Source: Iphione sp. A-MEVVRFRX5
Lineage: Eukaryota
NCBI GenBank assembly: GCA_976226885.1
Contig: OZ320313.1
Span: 155,992,001-156,056,000 of the forward strand
Direction of reading: 5' to 3'
DNA: 64,000 nt
The position numbers and the translations under genes were made by a program. The first letter of the stretch is position 1; each line of letters opens with the position of its first letter. The notes under the pieces are model-generated. The model was not told the DNA's origin, did no database searches, and worked only from the letters and a program-made list of their open reading frames with translations. Below, in pieces: positions 1 through 10,313 of the stretch.

Positions 1-2819
1 GAATTGTCCTTTTGCTGTATATATGCACTGTACGAGCCAGCAAACGGGATACACAAAAAATTATGAAAATGCATAATGCTCGTGGGGGCCGACTTCTTAT
101 TGTGACACTAGATGGTAGCACGAGTATTAGCTCCATCCTGTGAACACAGACTGGTATTCTATGTATCCGATTTTGTGAAATGTATATGGGGTCCATGCAT
201 GAGACTTTGGTTGCTTTGACATCTGTTTCTGCATACACAGACAGTCTTATATCATGTATGTGGCGCATCCTCTGTCCTCCCCTCTATCATTCACTCTCCC
301 CTTTCCCTGTGTCTGTGTCCTATGTAGATTTGTGTGTATATGTCTGCTTCTATCTGATCTGATGGAAATTCTGACAAATCTGTGTAAATTGTACCTTTTC
401 TGTCAAATATGTGTAAACTAGGTGTTTTCGTGCACATTCTTGTGAATTACTGTCAAACCTGCGTGAAGTGAGTTTTTTTTGTGTGTAAATCTCATGAAAT
501 GTAAAATGTGTCAATTGTGCATTTCCTATTCAAATCATATGCAACTTTTTATATATGTATACATGGTCTACTCCTAAGACTAAGATTACTATTATTTTCA
601 TGCTACTGGGGTATTCAGATTCATGCATATAGGAAAATTTACAGACAATGTCTGTTTTGAGCACTAGACCACAGACCTGTACACACAAACCCGTACATAT
701 GGAATAAGTCTAGTTTGTTCTCATGGTACAGCAAATCCTCACACACAGGTATCTGGGATACGTTTTTACAAGATCAGATACACAGAATATGGGCCTTAAT
801 CGGGCCCATACCTGGAGCTCCGAACGGTGGGGATTAGTTTTTTGATTCAAGTAATGTTCCCAAGTTACTCTAATGTATACTATAATGTATTGTTGTCAAG
901 CATTTCTGGGTATTCATATATTTGAATATTAATTATTGATTCAAATCCTCATAATTCTGATGCATGATGTCCAATATGTATTGTACCAGCCACTGCGTAG
1001 TAAAAACATAACTCCAAATTGAGAAAAACAGGTTTATTGCTGAAAACAACAAGTGGTAACCCCAGAATGCCTGCTCCCCTCCATGGCCTGCCCTTACACA
1101 CCTACTGAAGCCAGAGAGAGCGCTGGGAGAGCTGCACTCCACGACCTGGTGCCTCACAGTGCCACATGCCGCATGCCACATGCCACATTCTGCACTCTGC
1201 ATCAGGCACCATCACCATCCCGCCCTCAGAGGGCGCCTACAGTATCATTCAAAGGAATGCCTTGAAGCATCCCCAGGCATTTAAATTGGAATGCCCTCTT
1301 TCTGAGTATTCATATATTTGAATAGGCCTATGCTACCCTTGGATATGTATGTACATATCACATTCTCTATTTTGCATTCAGGGAGACCTGTTCAGTTACC
1401 TTGCGGCTACCTTGAAGTCAGGTCTGTCTATATTAACCTTACATGTCTAATATAGCTGTAGCAATGTGCTGACAGATTACATTCCTACCTCTGTAAAAGT
1501 TGAGGAGAAGATAAGGATCAATTGGACTTTTTTATGAGGCTAAAACATGAATATTGGTTTGCAGGTAGGTGTTTTTTCCCTTTTTTTAATGTTAATTGAT
1601 ACTTAAAGCAGCATATATATATATGGCAATATCACTTCTACTGCTCAGGTTTTACTGGTATCATGTGAAAGCTAATGATGCAAGGATGGAACAAAATGGT
1701 GTTATGTATAAGCCTTTAGCATTATTCATTCAAAATAATATTATAAATAAAAAACCTTACACCTGGAAAATATGTAGGCTCGGTTCGGTTTCAGGAAAGG
1801 CAGATTTTTGTTACTAGGCAACAGATTTCCTTGAGGAATAAACGATAGTTAAATTATACCTATATGAACTATATGTACCTAAATACCCCTTAGCCATATT
1901 TAATGGCAGATAAGAGCAGATAATACAGGGACATCTTTCCTATGTTCGTATTCGTAAATTCCTAACCGGGTCTTCGTCAATCTCTTCTGGGTATACGTTG
2001 GTAAAAGCCCTGAACAGAGTGACGATTTCTAGATTACTTCGTCAACCTGGTCTAATTGAAGAAAAAATTAATGTGACCCAGATCAGACTTTCTACCACAC
2101 ATATTTGTGCAAAATAATATTGATCCCCCCTTGAATAATGTTCTCGATATGAGTCATTCATTTGACTGAACGGCCTGCAGATATAGATGCTTTACTTTTA
2201 AAAACACCTTGATGAAACTTAATATCAAATACACTACGTAGCATACTATCTAGTATATTTACAACCAATGCGGCATTTAAATTGAATAAGGAATTTATGT
2301 TCAGCTTTCCAATGTTATGTGAGCACATTCCAATCCGTTATTTTTATTCATTGTGTCTGGGTGTGAGGTACACCCTGTTTGAACTCGTTATCTAGAGAAC
2401 ATGCCAGAGTACGCATTGAATGTTGAAATGTGTTTTACATGGAAAGGTAGCACGTGTAAGACAAACAACATGTACAACCTGAAGTAAGGTCGTGTCCGGT
2501 GAACGGAGAAGTTGAATTAATGGTTATTCCGGGTCAGTGGCCCCATGCTGAGGGATTAATGAGGTTTATCAGTAAAACGATGAGAGATGTAACTCGTACA
2601 AAGAAGATACGGCCGTCGACAGCATTGCTGACCATTGGTATCTACAGACATTATCATTACATTGATGTGCGACTGTAGAAATGTGTCAGAATTCAATAGT
2701 TGAACAGGTCAAGCTATGTGTTCTTTCAGCACTTACATAGCGATAAGTGCTGTTTAATAGTCTAGATAGAATTGCAAATATGGCACCTTTGTAATGACGT
2801 TTAATATATATTTTTCCAG

Positions 2820-2840
2820 ACTGAGTCAATTAACACGAAG
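2820..2840 (+). other. Candidate 21-nt micro-exon of an unidentified plus-strand transcript (TESINTK if phase 0)
   Basis: atatttttccag|ACTGAGTCAATTAACACGAAG|gtaagt: consensus acceptor and donor, length a multiple of 3. Partner exons were not established. Confidence 0.45.
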
Positions 2841-4008
2841 GTAAGTATGGTTTCATATATGATTTCACGTAGGACAGATTTGCTTCGTGGTTTGATTTAT
2901 GTTTTCCAAAATTCATGATGAAATGCCCTTTTTATTCCTTTTAACATCCACGCTTGTTTTAATTCACTAAACTTTTACCTCTGTAGGGGAGTAGAAAGAA
3001 TAACTAATACTAAACGTATTCCGTACTGTTCTTTCATGTTCATCCTTTTATTCAGTCAAATATAATATATTGTCACTGATAATACATACATCAGTTAGGT
3101 TGCGACTTCGACTGCACGTATTGAGACGTGATGATAACAAACGTTCTCGTTTTAACATGGCACCCATTATATCATATCTGATGGGGTCTCTCATCATCAC
3201 ACCTGAATGCACCAGGTCGCCACAGCTGTCTCGATCTTAGAAAAGCAGGGCATCCACAGTGGTCCCTGAGAACCGCTACCACCTCTGGTAGCCTCCCCAT
3301 GTACACCCCCGGATTATAGTCATCCGTAGCTCCAATATTTTTATCTCCCATTAATAAACACCGGCCACATCACAAAAGGCCACTTTCTCGCCCTGTACTC
3401 ATAGCACGACCAACACCTTTGAACAGCACCCTCTCTTTGTACGGTCATGGCTCGTGTATACATGTATAGCTATTCATTCTTACAATTACAATGTTACAGC
3501 CATGTGCTCAGTGGCCACAGGTGGCACATTCTGCATGATCCAGCATGTTTCAGCACATTAATACATGTACATGGCTAAACGTGAGACTTTCTTAAGACCA
3601 AAAAAAAAGATTCAGCTGTTATAATTGCTAAAGCTACATCTCCTGTTTGCTACGTATACACAGGCGCCTCTTGGCAGATTGATGAAGAATATCTCTTTAG
3701 GTGAACCAGTTTTACTACACTGTCAAATACTTCAGATTACAGAATCACTAAATATCATTCGCTAGTGCATAAAAATGCATAACAAATGTCGCATTCCGAC
3801 CAGATAATTCTTCCCTTGTATCAAATAACGAAATAAAATTACCTGTATAAATAACACCGAATACTGTAACGATCTAGGGGTACCTAATAATATATTGCAT
3901 ACAATACAAAACTATAATATAATAATATTTCTACTTGAATCGATAATCCAATGGAAAAGAATATTGCTTGAGTTGCTCTCCGTATAATTTCAAGTCAGTT
4001 TCTTCCCC

Positions 4009-5367
4009 TCAATTAAATATGTCATCCACATCTCCAAGAGGGTTTATGCTCTCCCCTGGACAGCGTAGGTAGCGGCAGGATTTGAGCTTCTTGAACATCT
4101 CCTCAAGCGATTCCGGCGTCTGTGTATCCTCCATGAAAGCTTGTTCCGTTTCTTCCCTCCGGTAGCCGTTTTCGTTCAGGGAGTGCTCTTTCAGGGCGCG
4201 GAAACTTCGCGGTCCCGATGCAGTGCCACCTGTGGCAATGGTACCCGTACTGACACCTTCAGCCACTTGTTTCACTGCTGATGTTCCCTTCTCTTTGGCT
4301 GCTGGCTGTTCAGTATTCTGTGAAGTCGTCTCATTGAGTGCCAATTTCCGCGCTGCTGCAGTGAGGACGATGTCGGCACTTGACCAGCTGTTTTCATTGG
4401 GCTCCTTCTTCGTTGGCTTGGTGGCTTTACCCTGTGTCTGCTTTGGTTGTTCTGGTCGGTCTCTGTGTTTGTCCACCTCGTCCTCGACCTCCCAGAAAGG
4501 AATGAGCGCCTCGATGACGTGGCCATCCTCGTCCTTGTAGAGATCTTCGCGCGAGTCGGCGAACAACCTGCTCACCGAGCAATACACTGAACTAACACCT
4601 GATGGCGGGCCGGACATGTGGCGGGAGCGGTCGAGGGAACTCTCACGAGAAGATACGAGGTCGGCGGGAAAGTCGTTTCGTCCTCTGGATCCGGCCAGGG
4701 AACTGTCCTTGGAGGAGTCGCGCGAGGAACCGCGAGAACTTCCCGTCATGAATGCCTGGCGCCTGGACCTTCTCTCTAAGAGTGGCGAACCGGACGGCGA
4801 GCTTATCGGCGACTTGCTGTTGCCGATGTTGGGAAGCGACGAGCTCCTGTTGTGCATGTGGCCTCGCGTCCTTGCGGTCGTGGCGTTGTTTCCTCTGTTG
4901 ATGGACGACTTCAGCAAGGTCTCCCGCAGTCCGGGGATGAGGCTCGACCGACGAGACGACGGTAGCGACGACGGAGGCGTACCATCCATCGAGCGGCTCA
5001 ATCGAACATCGGGGGCGCTCGCCGCTAGGTCGCACTGCTGTTGCAGTAACCCGCCGGTATTCAGCACCAGCGGAAGGCGATCACCGTCGACTACGTCGCT
5101 GCTTCGCCGGCGGATGTGAAGCTGACGACAGCGACTGTTCTTCTCGCGCTGCAGCTCGTCGGCCCTGTCCCTGACCTTCGCCATGTCGGCGTCGAGTCGC
5201 GCCAGCCGTTTCTTGAGGTCGGCATCAATCGCCAGCTTCTCATTACTCAGTCGACGATCGCTGCGTTTCAAGTAGCCGTTCACCCGGCGCGCGCGGCCGG
5301 CCGGCATGAGCTCCATGTCCATCATGAAGCCTTCAGGTACTGCCCCGACGAAACTCTGCAAGGTCAT
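4009..5367 (-). CDS. Single-exon 452-aa uncharacterised protein: N-terminal coiled coil, Ser/Arg-rich disordered middle, C-terminal 'LEEMFKKLKSCRYLR...IF' motif (CCDC190-like)
   Basis: Long GC-rich ORF with an in-frame stop upstream of the ATG. Heptad-like segment LSNEKLAIDADLKKRLARLDADMAKVRDRADELQREK. The C-terminus resembles, from memory, the CCDC190 C-terminal motif (K..RNAHYLR...ES...L...IF). A splice acceptor (ttggtttcag) near 5727 suggests a spliced 5'UTR. AATAAA signals lie on the minus strand near 2930-3050. Confidence 0.85.
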   Translation of the reverse strand: MTLQSFVGAVPEGFMMDMELMPAGRARRVNGYLKRSDRRLSNEKLAIDADLKKRLARLDADMAKVRDRADELQREKNSRCRQLHIRRRSSDVVDGDRLPLVLNTGGLLQQQCDLAASAPDVRLSRSMDGTPPSSLPSSRRSSLIPGLRETLLKSSINRGNNATTARTRGHMHNRSSSLPNIGNSKSPISSPSGSPLLERRSRRQAFMTGSSRGSSRDSSKDSSLAGSRGRNDFPADLVSSRESSLDRSRHMSGPPSGVSSVYCSVSRLFADSREDLYKDEDGHVIEALIPFWEVEDEVDKHRDRPEQPKQTQGKATKPTKKEPNENSWSSADIVLTAAARKLALNETTSQNTEQPAAKEKGTSAVKQVAEGVSTGTIATGGTASGPRSFRALKEHSLNENGYRREETEQAFMEDTQTPESLEEMFKKLKSCRYLRCPGESINPLGDVDDIFN

Positions 5368-8300
5368 CTCGGCTCTGGATATAACGCAGCTGTGAACAGT
5401 GTCCTTCCTTATGTCAGTAAAAGTATAGCGTTATGCGCTTTAGCTTTCGATTCTCTAGGCGCTCGTTCAACTTCGATCTCTGATGGTGATATATTGCCAA
5501 TTTCTGCCTCGGCAATTCTTTTATAGTGGGTTTCTGGGTCTGTTTTCATTAGGATTGAAATTTCTCAGTGACAGCTTGTTCTATGGAAAGGTGTGCTTTC
5601 TTTCTGGTTGAGGACACGGTCGGTCAATTTCCTGAAACAACGCATTGGAATTGATTTGGGTCGTCCCAGGTTATGTGTGCACAGTGCTTGGGGCGTCCAA
5701 GGAATTCCCTCTGTGTAATGGCGTCCCTGAAACCAAAATCCTCAGCGTAAATATCGAAAATGATTTCCCACTATTGGACTATATATAATATACCAGTTCT
5801 CGGAGGACTAGCGTGAGCCCATTAACGTAACCTGCGTTCCATATCTCGAGGGTAATAGCACCTTTAAATATATATGTGCATATTTATATCTTCTCAGGAC
5901 TTCTAAGAGGGGTTCATAGAATTATTATTCCAGATGTCATACGTTTAAACTATCCGAGCATCAATTGATAATGAGTCAAATCTATCTTGATCAATGAATT
6001 GTATTTTATTTGGCCGAAGATGGCATATAACTTACACTAATCCGACAAGGTAAACCAATAGCCTAGTTCACTTTTCAATATCGTTTAATTTTCTAGAGCA
6101 TGTGTTCTGAACAACTTGTGGCAAAGCATCTGACCTACGTATTTCGAGCTATAATTCAAGTGAACAAAATTTTGTAAAATTTGTTGACCTCGCCAAGAGA
6201 TATTCACAGGCCAATATTGTGTTTTAGGGGGGAGGGGAATAACGTTCACACAAATTACACAAATTACGTTTTGTCCAGTAATGTAAAAATTATGGCTCTT
6301 TAGTCCAAAACGTTTATCAAGAGATATTTACTCTACGACGTATTGATATTGGCAGTATTCCAAACTCAGAACCTTTCCCATACTAAACGCCCTCCCCTCG
6401 TGGGTGGGGCTCTTGCAAAAAGTGCTCTTGGGTAAAGCGTTGCCTTTGGCTGATCTGTAGAAAACAACCACAAGATAAAAAATGTTTTCCGGTCATTGGT
6501 GGCATATTCTATGGAACAGATATGGAGCTTCAAGTTTCATACTGTAAAAGGCATTTGAGCTGATACTATGTACCGTTCTGGATGATTGATATTAGGTGGA
6601 TCTATAATATTCAGCACACATGAAGACAAATCAAAACATAAACGAGTTCATGAATATTTTTGATAGGAGGAAAGTACTGTTATCAATGATGTCGAATCAG
6701 GATCCAGAAATATACACATTGAGAGGTCAGAGTCAAGATATCAGAATATATATTCTACATAAATATATATCTAAAATGTATCAAATAAGGCCCATAAAAA
6801 TGAGATATTTCTGGTAACCTGACCGACACAGATTTCTGACCTGATGGAATGTTTTATTTTTCTATCGTTTTGTGAATGTCTTCAGAATAAACAAAGCTAC
6901 AGTCGCATAGATACAGTATTTTCTTTCATAGACTATTGGCTTCCATGACCGCTGAAGTGATAGTTCCAAGCTTGGAAAGTACTGTCTAGGGTTTTGACCT
7001 TTAAATGTATGTGATATAAAAACGCATACATATCAACCGTATTTTTTCAACATGTTACCAGAAACACAGATAATTGGGAGGGGGGAATTAACAATAGTCA
7101 TGGAATAATGAAGATTATCTTCACGATGTTCAGTGGGACACGGAAATCCATTTACCATATCCAGGTAATGTTAATGAGGGGTATTAAAGCGCGTCTGTTG
7201 AGACCGGGAAGTACGTGGCCTGAGGCCCTTTCTGTATCTTCCACTTTTAATAGATATTAATCTAATATCTTCTATCCTACCATATTTCTTCAGCTGACTG
7301 CTGGATTAAATCCGTACCGAGAAAATCTTCACATCTTATGATACGTAACTACCATGCCTAAACAAAGCTATTCAAATCAAAAAGTAAATCTGTTTTACCC
7401 TTGAAACTCCATGCAGACGCTTCACATATGTATTGAATAATTCTTTCATAGCGTAATAAAATAGCTCTCCTAAATAAATACCATGCTACAACCAAAACTA
7501 TGTCACGGTCGATGACTGGGTTAGAAGCATTAACACGGCAATTGCTATATAGTTTGAATTACAAGGCAACAACTTACGAAGATGTTATCTTAAGTATACC
7601 GAACATTTGGCGAAGACCTTCACATCGTCATATTCAAAGCGTTGTCTGAATAATGCGTGGTTTATTTCACCTATTTTCACACTGAATTGAGGAAATCGTT
7701 GGTTTTAAGATGTAGTAAAAGATAACAAGCATTATGTTGATTACTCGGTAATTTTCAGGGGAAGTACAGTATTAAAAAAAAGGTTACAGTCGGACGAAAA
7801 TCCCCACGTTTATTACTATCATAGAGTCTTGTCCGACGAACAGAGTGGTCGGTTCAGTGAGTAAATAATGCAATTACCTTATACATGTACGTATTTAGAG
7901 TAGGTAGAGATCTGACTTAGATTTTTAACAAAAACATTGAATTAACACAAGGCAATCCTATACTTTTCTGATGCAAACGCAGGCTTACCGCCGTCATTCT
8001 CCATGACCCATATGATTGTATATCATAGAAAATGTCCACGACAGAGGCGACGCAAGAAAACAAAACTCCATTACGACGGAAGCTCCATTAGCTATGTTTC
8101 ACAGCACAACTTTAAGGGGTATAAATTCAAAATTAGGGACAACATAAAAATGACTAGTTTAAATGACTCTAATTAAGTATAGGGTCTGTGTTGCCGATAT
8201 GGTGTGGACTACTAAGGTTGGAAAATACCACTGTAGACACCCGAGGTCATTTTCCTACTCACTGTTTCTGGTCACTGGCATCCTATTAAGTTAGCTATAA

Positions 8301-8581
8301 ACCAGTGACCATAATGCATCCTTGACACAGTGATTGGTAAATAATACAGAAGAAAGCTGAAGTCATTTGCCAATATTCATCAATGTAATCACTATCATTT
8401 TATTAATTCATTTGTAAACCAGTCATCAGACAACCTCTAGATAAACATAATAACCAAAGAAATGTTCCTGGTCTAAAGGCACTTAAACCACCCTCTTAGT
8501 CTCTATTTTCCTATCATCCCCCCAAAGCTAATTTTTCTATGTATTTCTGCAATTTTCTGGTTTCAACTCTTCTGATGAAAT

Positions 8582-8675
8582 CTGGCCAGGACAGGGTAAG
8601 GGTTTGAGCCCAGGTCCTCAGCATGAGCAGTCTTTGTAGGACCGGTGCTGCAATCCACTACACCACGAAGACTAC
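8582..8675 (-). mobile_element. tRNA-derived SINE head
   Basis: Minus strand A-box TGGTGTAGTGG and B-box-like GGGCTCAAACCC at tRNA-like spacing; no complete cloverleaf. Confidence 0.65.
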
Positions 8676-8856
8676 ACAATAGTTGCAGCATTATTCTTTG
8701 TACACTTGCTCAAGGTTTAACTATTGCTAGATGCTTAACTGTGCATTGCATGAAAGGTAAAAGATGAATCATTGTTACACTTTCGATATTCTCTTTAATT
8801 TATGCGAGGGAAACTCCAAACACCTCTTTCTTTCCAATATTCTTATCTAATAAATG

Positions 8857-9052
8857 CATGTTTAGCAAGACTTCCACAAATATTTGCAGCTCTTTCATAA
8901 ATTCAAGCATCTTTAGCCAAACTTCCAGGAATATCTGCCACTTTTCATGAATTAAACACATCTTTAGCACTACCTCTGTAAATATTTGCTCCTTTTTCAT
9001 AAATTAAATGCATTGTTAACATAGCCTCCTGAAATATTCTTTCTTTTCCATT
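8857..9052. repeat. Degenerate ~51-bp minisatellite, about 4 copies
   Basis: Units begin cat(g/c)tttagc...aaatat(t/c)tgc...ttttcat(a/g)aatt. A 17-aa periodicity is visible in ORF 8800-9000. Confidence 0.75.
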
Positions 9053-9152
9053 CTTTAATGTGGGGTAAGACCTGCCACACAGCCCCTTCTCTTCCATTCT
9101 AATTTCTTTTTTTTAAATTATAACAATCTTTCTTGCATTATAGGTTCTTATA

Positions 9153-9190
9153 CTCTCTCTCTCTCTCTCTCTCCCTCTCTCTCTCTCTCT
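9153..9190. repeat. (CT)n microsatellite
   Basis: Direct read. Confidence 0.97.
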
Positions 9191-9873
9191 ACAAACCTTG
9201 ACTGGGAAAGCAATAGACCCATCGGTTATCATTGGTTTGGGTGAATTCTAGCAGAAAAATGTCAAAACTATGACATATCTTCTACATACATTTAAATAAT
9301 TTCCAAGGCGCTATGGAAATTCAGTTCTGTTCATTTGATCATAGAAAGCAGAAAAGTAACATCTGAGTAGCTTATTTCTGAGGTCTGAATGGTAAATTTC
9401 ATGTTACTATGGTGTCGTAGTTTTGTTCATAGAGTAAAAAGGCGAAGGGTCAAATTCACGGCTGCTGGGACAAGACAGCCATCTCAGCTATCAACTCGCT
9501 GGCCATCAAAGCTTTTTGACTGGGAGGGAGAGGGGTTGAAAGCCAGCTGAGCTATTGCCCCGGTGAATCCAATTCTTTTGCCTGGGTCAGAACATTGCTC
9601 AGTTGTTAGGGGAGGTTCGTTTATATCAGATAAAGCCATTGTCAGCTGTCTGACTCTCACTTTATTTACCATATATGCCTACTGTAGGTAACATATGCCT
9701 AGGGTATTTTCGTGGCAATAGGTGACTGCATGCGGTCTGTATTGTCGTCCCTAGGTGTTTTGTGGAAAATGGTGGCCAATGAAGTGAAAAGGAGGGCTAG
9801 GCAAAGAGGCGTTTTCATCTGCCGGTTAACCAAGGTATTACAGATCAGGGTATACACTAGACTCTCACCCTGC

Positions 9874-10048
9874 AACCAATCAGGTGTGGTGACCACTCGC
9901 CCAGGGTGACTGCTTTTGCCCAGAACCAAATGAAATTTCATACAGCCTCTATATGGTATGCTCTACCTAGGGTGACCACTCACCCAGGGTGACCATTCTG
10001 CCATTAAGACCACCATTTTCAGTATGAAACTATGTTGTCTGATTGGTT
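9874..10048. mobile_element. Small foldback/MITE-like element
   Basis: 10-bp inverted ends aaccaatcag/ctgattggtt and two 23-bp direct repeats ggtgaccactc(g/a)cccagggtgac at 9888-9910 and 9971-9993. Confidence 0.5.
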
Positions 10049-10082
10049 CTGGTGAGCACGCCCCTTTTGTAGGTGACATTGA

Positions 10083-10140
10083 AGGCTCAAGCCCAGGTCG
10101 CCTGCACCGTAGGGGCGTTTCCGACTTCCCCAACACAGAG
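10083..10140 (-). mobile_element. Second tRNA-derived SINE head (more decayed)
   Basis: Minus strand tgttggggaagtcgg...gacctgggcttgagcc. Shares the gacctgggct core with the 8.6-kb copy. Confidence 0.45.
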
Positions 10141-10213
10141 CACAACAGAGGGCAACAGGAACAAGGGGCTCTTACTCATCGAATTCAGCACTTTTAGGAG
10201 GGAAATGAATTTG

Positions 10214-10313
10214 GTAGTTTGACCTCCTAATCAATGCCTTAGGCAATTATTCGCCTTAGGCGACCACTTTGAGTAAATCCTTTCGGTGGTTGCTTTAGGT
10301 GGAGGCAACTGTA
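10214..10313. mobile_element. Degenerate MITE remnant; a related end lies near 58370-58412
   Basis: Imperfect palindrome ccttaggcgaccac...gtggttgctttagg ending ggcaactgta. A similar end (ggcggtctttatctgggcggcaactgtt) is near 58385-58412. Confidence 0.4.

Noticed and set aside
788-810. 8-bp hairpin tatgggcc/ggcccata as a Helitron 3' end
   Set aside because: No CTRR terminus at the expected 10-12-nt spacing.
1382-1421. Plus-strand exon-like GDLFSYL, similar to protein-kinase subdomain V
   Set aside because: Weak donor and no other kinase motifs found nearby.
4223-5526. Several overlapping ORFs, including an apparent signal peptide (MKLTTATVLLALQLVG, 5116-5526)
   Set aside because: Alternative-frame or antisense shadows of the GC-rich 452-aa CDS.
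9543-9561. GGGGCAATAGCTCAGCTGG, like the 5' end of a tRNA-Ala
   Set aside because: No anticodon arm, T-arm or acceptor partner; at most a SINE scrap.
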